This document shows positions 50,980 to 64,000 of a DNA stretch of 64,000 nt, one piece after another; positions within the stretch are counted from its first letter, which is position 1, and each line of letters starts with the position of its first letter. Source of the stretch: Callorhinchus milii (lineage: Eukaryota). The stretch spans positions 58,282,001-58,346,000 of the forward strand of contig NW_024704742.1 in assembly GCF_018977255.1 (NCBI RefSeq). The letters are read 5' to 3'. Position numbers and translations under genes: made by a program. Below the pieces are notes generated by a model. It searched no databases, had not been told where the DNA came from, and saw only the letters and a program-made list of their open reading frames with translations.

Positions 50980-51430
50980 CCTGGCTTAGTTGGAGCACTC
51001 TGATCTCCGAGTTAGAACGTTGTGGGTTCACGCTCGAGGTTGAGACTTTGAACTGACAGTCTAGGCTGTCACTCTAATGCAGTGCTGAATTGCATGAGGT
51101 GTTGTCCTCCTGATGAGATGTTAAATCGGATGTCCGTCTGCCTGTTCAAAAGTACAATCCAGCACTCTTCAGCACCACTTGCTACTTCCCTTGGCTATGG
51201 AAGAACTCAATGTAATGGGAGTTTCTCCTGGTATCTTGGCAATCAATCCTCCAGAAATAAATAGCTTATTCACTTACTTCATGCCTGTTTGTGGGACATA
51301 GCTGTCTGCAAATTGACTGCCATGGTTACCTAAAAAGTACGCAGTCCCTGCACTTTACACTAAATCCTGTGAAGCACTTTGAGACGTCCTCCCAACGTTT
51401 ATGGCACTGTATCAAATGCAAGGATTATTT
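50980..51430 (+). mobile_element. Deu-domain SINE family B, near full length
   Basis: ggcttagttggagcactc head ... gatgagatgttaaa ... L2-type tail. Confidence 0.8.
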
Positions 51431-52491
51431 TTAGTATTATTGAAGAGCTGAGGAAGTGGTGCTGTAACATATCCAAATGCACACTTGCCAATATCCCGCC
51501 CGTTGGGAAAAATCTCAGAAATGGATTGTACAGGTAATGTTTGCCACATGTGAGTTCCTCCAGTTCCGATTGATAGAGTCATTACAGACACCACAGCTTT
51601 AGCAAGTGAACAGGAGTGAAAATCAGCATCTTCTCCCTTTCCTCTTCTAGAATACAGCACTGACAAAAGCCAAGCCAGGAATTCTTAGAAAGTGTAACCC
51701 AAAACACAAAGTACTATCCCTCCTTTCTGATTATCTTACACATTTTCTCAATGTCAACTTCGCCAACGTTATAAATCAAATACTGTCAATTAAAAGCAAT
51801 GTTTCTACTTATAATGCATTTCTCAAAGTGAGACTACTGAAGGGAAGGTCTGAAGAACATTTGGGCAATCAGCCTAAAGTAACAGGTGGAAGCATTTGAA
51901 ACTCTGCCTGAATATCAGCATTGGCAGGTGGCAAGTTACTTTATACCTTATGCCACAGCAGAGACATTAATCAAAGCGCTTGAAGTACTAAAAGTCTCTG
52001 AAGCACAATAAAGAGGAATGCTAAAATATGCATTGTTCAGTTACTGGGGGAATGTGTGTGTCAGAGGCACAAGCATTCATTCAATCCAGTTAAATTCGGG
52101 CCAATACGAAAAACAAAAGAGGCAGTTTACTCCTTTGAGGCACAGATGGCAGAACAGTTTCTCCTGGTGGTTGGTTGCTCCACCTTTACCGGGAGGCATT
52201 GCAGCCCATATTGAACGGTCGGGGTGAATGGCTTTGGTTTCCATACATGTGCGGAGCCAGTGGTAACATTTAATCACATGTTGCAGTGGTGTCACACTTT
52301 CTATGTACGCACAGAATGGTGCACAACTATTTTCACAAACAGCCACCAGCTAAATAAAAGTAGTAAAAGGGGATAAAAGCAAAGCCGCTTTGAACCTTAG
52401 GGATCTTTGCCCCTGGTATGTTCTATTGTCATTAGTTAGTGGCCAATCGTAAAACTGGATTTCCATGTTTCTGTGTGAGAGTAGACGGTCT

Positions 52492-52899
52492 AGATTTACT
52501 CTATTTTGTAACACCTCAGAGCCTTCAGAATTTGGCAAATTGCTAAATGCGGCCTTAACTTTGAAGCTGTCATTTTGCAAGTTCTTTTAGGCACTGGAGA
52601 AAATTGGCTTCAAAGTATGTACTGTACTATCAAGATGTCAATGCAAGTGCTGATAAAGGCAAGGCCTTGTCCTTCCGACTCAGCAACCATTCACTGTCAA
52701 GTTCCTTTATGCTGAGTTGCAGAGCCAGGAAAACCCACGATTTTCCAAAACTGGTGAAATTCTACCAGGATCCAGATTTACTCTATTTTTGTAACACTTC
52801 AGAGCCTTCAGAATTTGGCAAATTGCTAAATGCGGCCTTAACTTTGAAGCTGTCATTTTGCAAGTTCTTTTAAGCAGTGCAGAAAATTGGCTTCAAAGT
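52492..52899 (+). repeat. 125-bp direct repeat pair (52492-52616 and 52774-52899)
   Basis: About 5 differences by eye. Confidence 0.92.
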
Positions 52900-53724
52900 T
52901 ATTCAATACAACTTACATTTGCCTTTCACATCGGGAGAATGTCGCAAAGCACATTCACAGCGCTAAGTTCAAGTTAAGACTGAATGAGTGTCCAAATTCT
53001 GCATATTCTAAATGGAGTAAATACAGTACCAAGTGGAATTTCTCACCAATGTTGCCTCCAGAGATAGACTTGCCTCCAGAGGGAAAGTCTCAGCTGTAAT
53101 AGAAAGAGTCATAGAAATCTTGTTCAGCATGCTTATTCCAGTGGGAATTTCACAAATTCCTAACAGCCAGATAACCAGAAGCGCAAGCGTATGGAAGAAT
53201 AGATAACAATTACTGCAGCCACCTCCCACCATTATCCTGCTTTCCTGGGGATAACACTGAGGTTACAGAGGGCAGGTTTCAGACAGGAACAATGAGTCTG
53301 AAGTCACGTAACCATTATTCTTAATAGGAAAAGAGGTGCCCCAACAATCAAAGACAGACAGATATGTTAACCCAGAAAGCTCTTACCAAAGGAAAAGGAA
53401 ACAGCTGAGAACCAGTCCCAGTAATTAAATGAAAAGAATGCAAGTAATGCAAGGGCAGGAATTATTTTTCCACTGGGCTTTTGGTCCCTTTAAAACAGCT
53501 TCCGTAGCTGTTTGGCTGGAATTTGCTGAAAGCGAACAGGAACCTCTTCAAATTACTTCCAGCTGTTCTCAGTGAGCACTTACTCCAGCTATGAATCATA
53601 TTACTACCATTGCTCTCTTATCCAGATCACTACCTCAATCTAGAAATAGAAGGTAGCTCAAACTTCTCTGTTGATCTACTACAGTTTTTGTAGTAATCGA
53701 TCACTACTAAATCCAGTAAAAAAA

Positions 53725-54105
53725 AAGTCTTTGCATTTGATATAGCGCCTTACACTCAGGAAGACATCTCAAAGCACTTAACAGGATTTACTCTAAAGTG
53801 AAGTGACATAGGTGACCTCAGCAATGCCCCACAAACAGTTAAGAAGTGAGTGACCAATTTTATTTTGGGGATTGTTTGGCCAGGACACCAGGAGAAACTT
53901 GATTCTCTTTTCCAATAGTGTGAGGGGATCTTTAGCATCCACCTGAACAGGCAGATGGGGCATCAATTTAACATCTCATCGAAAAGACAGCATCTGTAAC
54001 AATGCAGGGCTCCCACCAGTACTATATTAGAGTCTCAACCTAGACCTGAGTTCAAAGTCCCAATGTGGGGCTTGAAGCCACAAGCTCTGATTCAGAGGTG
54101 AAAAC
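53725..54105 (-). mobile_element. Deu-domain SINE family B
   Basis: catccacctgaacaggcagatgggg core; head and tail present. Confidence 0.82.
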
Positions 54106-56169
54106 TGAGGCTGTCAGTCACCTCGTGCAAGTTCAAACCCCCACGGCCGCTTATAAACTGTTGCTTTGCACTGTGACTGAGTGTGAACAGATGCACCCAG
54201 CCTGATATTCTTTGCAAAGCAGATTTCACTGAAGATGGTCAGAGGATATTTTAATTAACAACAACAAATTCTAGACATTCATATGCTAAGAAAATAGAAG
54301 TAAACGTGGCCCAGGTGAAATTTCAACCCATTTAATTGTAGATCATACATCTACCTTTTTATAGATAATATTTTGAGATTGTTTTGCTCCTCCTCACTCC
54401 TGAAAGCAATTACTTTTTGCTGGGGCACAGGTAAGTGAGCTCCAGAACCTTAATCGTCATTGACCAGTGTGCATTCCATTTCAAGAACCTATTTCTGGGA
54501 TTTCCATGTGTAGGTGGGATATATGGAATTCTCAGTTTGGTTTGGATACTTTTAAGCACAGTGATGGGTTTCCGCATGTGTCAGACACCCGTTTAACCAA
54601 AAAACAAGTCAGTGTTTGAGCCTTGCTGATGAATGTCACCCCATCAATTCCAGATAACAATGGTGACCAGCAAGAATTCTGACAATTTGGCTCTTAAAAG
54701 ATTGTGAAATGAATGTTAGGATTAAATTCCCTCAATGGCTTGGTTGATCAAAACATCTTCGAGTGAGAATCTGAACCATGCCAATCAGTAAGGTCCCAGG
54801 TTTATTTCCAGATTTAATGACTAGTTAGTACTGAGTTGTTTGGGGTTGTTGTGTGGATACCACAATTTGCCTCAATGCCCCTGAGGAGACAAATGAGCCT
54901 GGATGTCTAACTCCACTGAGTGACCCTTTTAAGGAAAGTTTAATTAGAAATTCCTACAGAGGTGATCAGAATCAAAGAGACTTGTGTAAGGACAATGCCG
55001 AGTTTGCTTCTGGATGCCCTCCATGGCTGAATAGGTTACCACCATTGCTGGTCAAGAATCACATGTGAAGAATAACCCTTGAAGCTTGAAATTTCACCGA
55101 ATCTTAGCATTTAGCACCATTTTATATTAAAAAATTCTAAGATTATTATATCAAAATTTCTAAGATTATTATAATGGATTATGGCATTATGAAAAAATCA
55201 CTCAGATTCAGCCCTTCACAATTGAATAATCTACAAACCACACTTTTTTTGGTTGGCCGATTTTTTTCTTGGAAGGACGTATCTTGCTTAGCTAATTTCG
55301 GAAATTACTAGGGACAGATTGGCCAAAGCCAAGGCTTGGAGACCCCATTGGGGTACTGCTGGAATCTAACCAGCTAAAACCGCATAGCATTATTTGACAA
55401 GCTTTCCCGCTGCTAGTCCAGCTAGGGCTTTGGGTTGCAGGCTTAACAAACTGAGAGTTCCAAAAAAACACTAAAAATATCCTATTTGTCTGGAATGGAG
55501 TGTGCAATCGCTTCTCGGAGGGACACACCCTGCTCACCGAATTCTGAAAGGTTTTACTTAGATATCTAATGCAAGGGTTCTGATAATGATATAGAAGGAA
55601 AGTCTGAAACTGAAATTAGGTTCGTTAAGCTGGAGGCAAATATTGGATACTGATACCACTTCATTCCTATGGACACCACTAACCACATTTCAAAACAGGA
55701 GTCAGGACCTTAGGTCCTGAGAATATTTAGATTTGCTCAGTGGTTCTTATCTATAGGAATGAACAGCTAATTGATGAACATTCACAACAGCCCCTGCCTT
55801 TTGCTTCACAGACTTTCCAACAAGCTGCCTCAAATGAATACATAGTTCTGCAGGTACATATCTATTATTCTGTCAGGTGGAAAAGAGAAAATAGGGAATT
55901 ATCACAAGAAGTGCTAGGAGACTTCATAAATCAGCACAACCTGCCTCAGTTATTACACACATAACGAGGCTAAATAGTTGACCTCATACCAGTCTTATCA
56001 CTGATGGGTGTATCAGATTGAATATCAGCAAACCAGAAAATCAGGCATTCTCACCCACAAGAAGACTTTTGCTGTAAAGCCTTGTCCGTCTGTCCATCCC
56101 CCAAACCTGACCAGTAAATTTCTCCAGTGAGTTCTTCGAGCTCTTCAATCTTTAGCTCAATTCATATGC

Positions 56170-57170
56170 TTTGTGGTTCAGTTGGTAGTACTCTTGCCTT
56201 TGAGTGAGAAGGCTGTGGGTTCAAGTCCCACGTTGTAACTTTGAACTCACTGCTTAGGCTGATGCTTCAGTGCCGTGCTGAGGGCAGTACTGCATTGTCA
56301 GAGGTGTAGTCTTTTGGATGAAATGTTAAACCAAGATCCCACCTGCCTGTTCAATGGACACTAAAAATCCCATGTCGTTATTCAGCACATCAAGGGAGTT
56401 TTTCCTGTGTCCTGCCAACAATCCTCCAGATAAAATCAATCATTCACTGCTCGGCTCTTGTCGGACATTGCTGTGTCCAAATTGGCTGCTGCATCGCTTA
56501 TAAATACAATCACTGTACTTTACAGCAAGTTTTGATAACATGATAAGACTATATCAAATGCAAAGAAAATTACTATTTTTTACTGATTGTTGGCCAGAAC
56601 ACCGGGAGAAATCGTGCCGTAGGATCTTTAACATCTGTCTGAACAGCCTCAGTTTAGCATTTCATGCAAAGGACAGCACATACAACAATGCAGCACACCC
56701 CAGCACTGCATTGGAGGGTCATCTTAGGATATATGAGTTCCAAGTTGTGACGGGGCTTCAACCCAGAACTATCTGATTCAGAAGTTAGAGTGCTGCCAAT
56801 TGAGCCAGATTGAAATTAAAAACATTCATACAAGCAGAATGGTGTCATCTGTTAACAAATATATATTTGTAAGACTTAGTTTATAGTTCTAGGGGTTAAT
56901 AGGGTTCTAGGGTTTTTCTTTTGTCAGACCAACACGTGGAGACAGGACACTGGAGGAAACTCCCTTCTCTTTTCAAATGGTGACATAGGATCTTTAACAT
57001 CCACCTAGACAAGCAGATGGAACCTCAGTTTCACGTCTCATTAAAAGGACAGAATCTCCTACAATGCAATGTCATTTTAGATAATATGAGTTCCAAGACC
57101 CAGCTTGGGGTTTGAACCCACAACCTTCTGACTCAGAGACAAGAGAGCTACCAACTGGAGCAGTCTGACA
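56170..57170. mobile_element. Cluster of three Deu-domain SINE B copies: 56170-56575(+), 56580-56812(-), 56945-57170(-)
   Basis: Head ggttcagttggtagtactcttgcctttgagtgagaaggctgtgggttcaagtccc and its reverse complements. Confidence 0.8.
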
Positions 57171-58216
57171 CATAACAAATTGGCCAAAAGGCCTTCCTTC
57201 TTCTTCTGAACTTCTCTTGTGATAATCCTTATGTGTAACCTAACCTTAATACAATCAGATTGTTAAGAACAAACTGAAAATGTATTCACATCTCAATTTT
57301 CTCATCTACAGGTCGCAGCAACTGTTATGTACATTTACAAACAAGTAAAGCTAACATTAGAAAATAACCTAGATCTGATCTAGGCACAAGAAGATTAACA
57401 ATCATGAGAAAGGATTAAAACCAGTGGTCAAAGAGCTTTTCTCTACAGCATACAATCACACTGAATTACAGATTAGTTTTGTCCACAAAATATAGAGTCA
57501 ATTCACTTTACAGTATATTCTGTGACGTGCTTTAGGCATCTCAAAGACGTGAAAAGACACTATATCAAATGAGAGGATTATTATTATTCAACCCATATTT
57601 TAAAAAATGGGCAAAGCTATTCTATGGGTCTCACATGGCAACACAATCTTGAAAGTTAATTTGATAAAATAATATAGAAATTACAAAATAATAATAATCC
57701 TTGCATTTGATACAGCACTTTTCAAGTCAGGAGGGCATCTCAAAGCACTTAACGCAGTCAAACCTATCTCCAGCTTATTCAAACCTGCATCTCCGGCAGC
57801 ATATTCCTGGCACAGTCCTGACAGAAGCTAATTGTTAACATGCCCCAAATTTGTTCATGACATGCAGTCGTACCAGCAGAGCCAGACTGGTTTCTGCTCA
57901 TAATCTCTGCACATAAGCAGCTTTTCTACCCCTCTTCAACCCATTACATTTTGTTCTCTCGCCTCAGCCACTTTGTTCCCCTTCTCCTCCTCTGCTGAAG
58001 AGGCTGACTCTTCGCCGATGTGTAGTTCAATGGGCACCAGCCACGATCCGGGACTTCACCTCAGCATCTGCTCTTCATACGTGAGCCAAGACTGTGAGTG
58101 TCACCATATTCTTCATGGTAGGAGAATCACACACAACCCTCAATTCTCTCCTTAACCAAAGACACAATTTCCAGTAGGATCACTACCACACACTGAGGTA
58201 ATATAAAAACTGGGAG

Positions 58217-58641
58217 GTCAAAACCGTGGTATTCCTAAACACATTCCATACTTATGGGACAATATTGAAACATGTTTTAAAATTGTTCCTCCCCTCCACA
58301 CACATGCTACACTCGTAACCTCTGATTAATGGTGCACCCACCATTTTGAGCACTACCACCTTGATTGCTACTGAGCAGGGATTGTTTCTCCAGTGTTGCA
58401 AATGTCCTTTACCAAGTTTATTCAGGGGTTTCTGGTCTATGCAATCTGAGGTAGCTGACTGTCCCACGAATAAGCCCAGAGGAGCCATTTTCCACCACCA
58501 TTTTCCATTCCCCACTCATAAATAAAAATAGAAGCCTCACTGGAATTTTCAGGTCCACTATGGGGTAAGAGTGTATTTTGAAATTCTTGTTAATGGCATT
58601 CCTTATTGAAGGAATGTATTTAGGAATACCACAGTTTTGAC
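58217..58641. mobile_element. MITE-like element with 31-bp inverted repeats
   Basis: gtcaaaaccgtggtattcctaaacacattcc (58217-58247) vs reverse complement of 58611-58641: 29/31 match. Confidence 0.75.
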
Positions 58642-59079
58642 TCCAAAGTACAATTTCTACAATTAAATGAACAAACCAAAATGCTGCAAATTGATTGCAC
58701 CTGCCAAGCTTTAGGGGTGGGAATAAAAACAGATTTGAAGTATCACTAAATAGAATTTTAGACTTTATAGCATTGAAAAAGATCATTCATCCTAACTGGT
58801 CCATGCCAATGCTTATACTCCGAATTAGCCTCCACTCTTCATAATCCCCTCTGCCATACTTTTCCTGTACCGCTCCACTCCCTTCTATCTCATTGCATTG
58901 CTCCACAAAGTGACTGTGTGTTTTATAAAAATAGAATTGCTCAAATATTTTGTCAGCTCCCCTGATGCTGAGTGAGTAAATGTACTGTCTGGTGTAGAAG
59001 ACTGGTCAGAGTAGAGGGTTTGAATCCCTATCTGTGCTGATTTTAATCTGGGTAGAAGTTGAGATCCTATAACTAGCCT

Positions 59080-59540
59080 GATCTCTCCCTCTTAGAACCC
59101 CCAACCCCAACATCTTCCCATCAAATTGTTTCTTAAATGAGACTAGCATCCTGGCCTCAACAATCCTTCAGGTTAATTCATTCAACCATTGATCACTCTC
59201 CATCTAAAGAAATACTTCCTAATGTCTGTCCTCAAATTGCCCTTTACACCCTTGACCCTATGCTTTTGTGTCTTACTATCTTGGTATAACAAAGCCCTTT
59301 TGTAGGTTTACTTTCTCAATTTCTTTAAGCATCTTATATACTGCTACAGGCCCCTCTACAAAGTCTCTTTCAAGGCAAAGTGCATCGCTCTAACACTGAC
59401 ATCCACTCTGCTGTTCTCCGTACTGCCTCCAGGACCTGGGAGGCTCCCTTATGTCATAGCAAAAAANTACGTCCACAGTACTCCAGAGCTGCAGCCTGAA
59501 GAGTACTTCACAGCTTGAGCTTGGCTTCTGGGGATCTGAA
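59080..59540 (-). mobile_element. Old CR1 fragment (contains an N at 59467)
   Basis: aaagaaatacttcctaatgtctgtcctcaaattgccc is the reverse of the CR1 F..DIRKYFF region. Confidence 0.6.
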
Positions 59541-59889
59541 CTTAAACAATCTAGCAATAATAATAATAATAATAATAGTGTATCCTAAATGTGCAAACCT
59601 ACTCTGTGCTGAATGCTCCTGACCTAGGAATTACAGAGCCATTCAGCATTATTTCCCTCCCCATGTGGAAGGAAGCATTGCAGCAAGAGGCCACTTGATG
59701 CTGTGATGGGAGGACAGTAGGGTGGGTATACTGGAAAGATGAGATCAGATGGGCCCGCAGGCCTTCTTCATTCAAATGAATCTATGATCTTATGAGGCAG
59801 CAAAGGAAGGGAAAGGGAAGGGTGTAGAGGGAGCTCTGACCGCCTCCTCTGCTGTCAGCAAACTTCATCCCCCCCACTTGATCTGCTCA

Positions 59890-60132
59890 CCCATAGAATG
59901 CTTTCATGCATTTAGCTCCCGCTCTCTGGAACTCTATCCCAGAGTCTTTCTTTCTTGCCCCTTCCCTCTCAGCATTCAAAACCCACCTTAACAACTATCT
60001 TTATGACCAAGCTTTTGCGTACCAAACCACCTCCGCACCCATTTTCCCTCCCTTAGGCTCCCAGTCAACTATGTGAAGCTTTTTGACATGTCCTCATCAC
60101 GTGAAAGGTGCTGTATAAATGCAAATTGTTGT
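59890..60132 (+). mobile_element. L2 3' end
   Basis: ctctggaactctatcccagagtct (LWNSIP); tail cgtgaaaggtgctgtataaatgcaaattgttgtt. Confidence 0.8.
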
Positions 60133-60698
60133 TTTAAAACCATTGACATTTTATACTTGCCCATTCATATTACGTACGAATAGAAGGTTTGGAGTTAAGT
60201 ATTTTGGATCATTATCCCCTAATAAATCCCAAATTAAACCAAAACACGTGAAATAATTGCAACCATATGCATAAATATCCATAAGTTGCAACTCTCTATC
60301 TCCCAGTTTGTAAAGCTCCAGTGATGATCTGATGTCTGCACATTTGGTGAATGTAAAGGACAGCTCTTACCATACTGGCCAGATTAATAATGGTTGTATT
60401 TGGCATAGGCACCTGTTCACTTTGAAACAACATCACATTAGTTACTTTAAAGTGCAGTGATTGCTTTCATGTACACAAAAGCACAGCTAATCTATGCTGT
60501 CAGCATCCTACAAACAAAATTGAGATGAATAACCAAATTTTATCCACTCTGGGTTTTCCAATTTGACTAGTGTTTGACAGGATACTGGTTTAGCCCAGAC
60601 TGATTTCAGCGGGATGAAGAAATCAGCGGGATGAAGATTCCATGAAGCAGCAATGACTCAATCTGTTCTACAATCACTGCTAACAATGGTAGTGGCAC

Positions 60699-61018
60699 TA
60701 AATAATAAATAATAATAATCCTTGCATTTGATATAGCACTTTTCACGTCTTCTAGACGTCCCAAAGCGCTTCACAAAATATACTGTCAAGTGAATTGACT
60801 GTATATTTGTGGGCGAACTCGGCAGCCAATTGCGCACAGCAATGTCCCACAAACAGTCGTAGATTGAAAACGACCAATTTATTATTGTTTTGTTTTGGAG
60901 GGATTATTATTAGGCGTGTGGAGTAAGGAAACTTGCCCATGGTTTCGCCCTGCCTGGAATTGAACTCAGGTCTCTCACTTGCAAAGCGAGTGCTCTAACC
61001 ACTGAGCTACAGGACTCC
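60699..61018 (-). mobile_element. SINE family A, young short form, full length
   Basis: GGAGTCCTGTAGCTCAGTGGTTAGAGCACTCGCTTTGCAAGTGAG head through (ATT)n tail. Confidence 0.92.
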
Positions 61019-62789
61019 AACCTTGGGACCAGCCATGGGGTCCAATCATTTTTTGTTGGAAGTCTGGGGTGTACACCCATAGCCAATCTTTATTGGTAGA
61101 TTGAAAATTAAGATGTTCCTTAACAGATTTGATGTGTGACACACTTGAATATGTGAAGAAACATTTCAATCATCACGACGTGGCTCCTTTGGTCACTCAA
61201 TCCACCACTGTTTGTGGGACACTGGTATGCACAATTGGCTGCCATGTTTTGCCCACAAAATATACAGTCAATTCACTTTATAGTATATTCTGTGACGCAA
61301 TTTGAGATGTCTCAATGATGTGATAAGGCGCTATATCAAATGCAAGGATTATTATTAAATTGGTGAACATCTACAGTTCACTCAGGCTTGTAGCTTATTC
61401 TGAGACAATGATCCATACTGGTTAGAATGCATTACCTACATTAAATAGGAAACATTAAGGTCACTTGGACCTGCACAGATGGTTAAGCACCAAGGCAATG
61501 ACAAAACAGATCACACTAATGGTTAACCACAAACCCAGTCTACAGTGAACTAAACTTGGCCAAGTGCCAAAATCCTGCTGAGCCAAATCCAATGTTTGCA
61601 TCCGCTCACTGGTATGGAATTTTAAGAATGCAATCTATATGTATAAAAAAATTCTCTCAACCCCAACAATTGGGTATTACACTTAATATTGTAATTAGTT
61701 ACTTTATTCGGGTATAATAGCATTACTCTAAGCCCTTTAAGTTTTAGCAATAAAATTGTAAGACTTTCTTTAAAATGCGTTAGGGCTTTTAAAGAAGAAG
61801 GGCTTGTAAAAAAAATCAACCCTGCCTGGAATCCAGAAGCAGGAAAAGATTCTGGATTTTTTACTAATGGTGCAAAAAAGTATTTGAACAGAGATGTCCT
61901 TGTGTCTTTGGCTGAAAATATCTATAATCTGTCATATACGACTACAAAATAGTTAATAACTTTACTGTAAATCCACTTTGAAACGTCTTCACTGATGTGA
62001 AAGGTGCAAGGATTATTTTATTAACCAGCAGGAAGGTGGGAGAAAATAAAACTTTGGTGTATATATATATATGTTTTCATTTTATTTCTTATCGGGGAGA
62101 AGATTGGAACAGTGTGCAGAGTGACTCGCACTCAGATTCTCCCTCCTCATTTGGAGTTCAGGTACATTACTCACTGGATGGTACTAGAACCTCCTTGTGA
62201 GCCTTTTGGTGAGCAGCACAACTCTGAGTAAAATATGTGAGAGCATCTAAATTTGTCACATTTTTACTGAGCAATGGAAGCCAAGTAGTCTGTCTACCTT
62301 TTTCTTTCAGTTACTTATCCATAGGAACATGGGAAAGCAAGAAAAGGCGGAAGCCATCCAGCCTACTGATCCTTTTTCACCAGTTTATTAGATCTTGGCA
62401 GATCTTTTAATCCAATGACCTGAGTATTCTGGAAGAATGAGATCAAATGGGTTGAAGGGCTTTCTTCATCCAAACCAATCTTGTGATCTTGTACTAACTC
62501 ACTGCAGTCAGGGAATCAACTTGGGACTTCCCTGATCTATACAACACAGGTCAGTGCATTGAGCCATTGCGAGTATCTATTTAAGTGAGGGTGTAAAGCA
62601 CCATCATTCAGCTGGAGAGATAAAAAGGCTTTGATCTTCAGCGCATTACTTTCCAAACTTATTTTGGGACTGGGAAAGGTACTCCATGCACCTGCAGCCA
62701 CTATAACCAAGATATGAAGTGGATACTCTTTTACTGTAAGGTAAATAAATAAACCGAAGGTTAATCATTCATGCAGAAGAGTTTAGACA

Positions 62790-63655
62790 TCAGCATTTCC
62801 TGAGCTGTACTAATATGATAATCACTGAGGTTACACAGAACACAGATACCATCAAGGGCAAGATATGGACATGGGTTCAGAACTGCCTGAAGCGAAGGAA
62901 GCAGGAGCTCTTTGTCAGGAAAGCCAGGTCAAAGTGGGGATAGCTATTAAGCAGGGCTCCTTAGGGCACCCCTTTACTGGTACCCTTCCTGCTCCTTAAT
63001 TATATTAATGATTATCTGGTTTCACAGACACATTGTAGGATAGTTAAATTTGTAGATGACACCAAGTTGGGGGAAACTGTGGAATCAAATGAGAAGCAAA
63101 GGTCTTGCAAAGAGAGACTGACAGGTTATGCGCGTGGGCTGATAACTGGCAAGTGAAGTTTAATACAGATAAATTCAAGCTCCTACTTATAGAAAATAAG
63201 AATAGGAAACACATGCACTCCATGGATGGTGTATCATTTGTCAATCCACAACACAGTTTAACTTCAATAGATCCTTTATTTCAACATTACGTTTTCACTC
63301 TCCTCAATAACCTGCCCATCCCTTTCCCAGAATCCTTTCATGCTTCTTGTTTGCTTCTCATTGGTCAAAGCCCAATTGTCAATTTAGCCTTAAAGCAATT
63401 TGCAACAGATGTGAAAGCTGAGAGAGATCTTGGGAGGTGATGGTTGACTCTTCACTCAGTTTTTCTTTACCTAGAGTGTAATTAACGGCTGGAAAAAAAT
63501 TGCCAGGAAGGTTGATTAAAGCCAGGGCACTGGACTCATTTAAAAAAACAATTTGGTACTGTGAGGGGAGATGGGATAGTGAGTATTCTGGAAGGATGAG
63601 AAAAGGAGCGCCGAAGGGTCTTCTTCACCCCAATCTAATCGTGTGATCTTGTACC
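62790..63655 (+). mobile_element. Decayed CR1 ORF2 RT fragment and 3' end
   Basis: YIND...KFVDDTKLG and LCAWADNWQVKFN.DK motifs; ERDLG. Confidence 0.85.
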
Positions 63656-64000
63656 ACTGCATTTTACATCTGCAAACACTGATTGACAGTTTGGGAATAA
63701 GTAACACAGTAAATTACCATGATGTTGTAAAAAGACAGCTTAATTTATATTTGTTACTACTCAGAGTCACAAAAACATGTCATTATTTTTAAACAGCACA
63801 TTCTGCAAGGGAAACCTGTGGCATTTGTTGAAAAGATACAGGGAAATCTTTCATTTAAATAATTATATGCAAATGGTGAAAGTGGTTAGGGAATTTATCT
63901 TACAAAAGGATTAATGTGCATAATTAATAAAAAGAGAGCGGCCTTCCATTCATTCCTAGAATTACAGAAAAAACATTTGAACCTACATATAAGCTTTTGA

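Larger units (their letters stand above)
24194..64000 (-). other. Part of the large first intron of the WWC2-like gene
   Basis: No exon encoding WW1 (LPxGWEExxDxDGxxxYIDH-type) was found upstream of exon 2 within the window. Confidence 0.7.

Noticed and set aside
55131..55172. Short tandem duplications here and at ~3710, ~32850 and ~60608
   Set aside because: Ordinary replication-slippage duplications of two short units with no further structure.
57980..58030. Hammerhead ribozyme (CTGAAGA-GGC...GCC-GATG)
   Set aside because: The required GAAA core reads GATG and stems I and III are not evident; at most a decayed remnant. CTGATGA at ~33293 and ~50166 also lacks a partner GAAA and stems.

Overview
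Vertebrate genomic DNA, not prokaryotic. The TE landscape (L2 and CR1 LINE fragments, Deu-domain SINEs with L2-type tails) points to a cartilaginous fish, plausibly a chimaera; the organism is an inference. The only host gene I can support is a minus-strand WWC-family (KIBRA-like, Hippo pathway) gene, best matching WWC2. Five coding exons (24193-24084, 8328-8125, 5813-5737, 4387-4308, 2041-1912) splice with GT-AG sites and matching phases into one open frame covering the second WW domain and the following coiled coil. Exon 1 was not found, so 24194-64000 appears to be part of a first intron longer than 39 kb. The remainder is intronic and dense in repeats: two SINE families, L2 and CR1 fragments (often nested), MITE-like inverted-repeat elements and an unclassified ~590-bp dispersed repeat. 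I found no new multi-gene system. The best leads are the unclassified repeat, a young L2 subfamily sharing an ORF2 frameshift, several fold-back structures and TEAD-motif clusters in intron 1. Exon coordinates were read base by base; repeat boundaries are approximate and were judged by eye.
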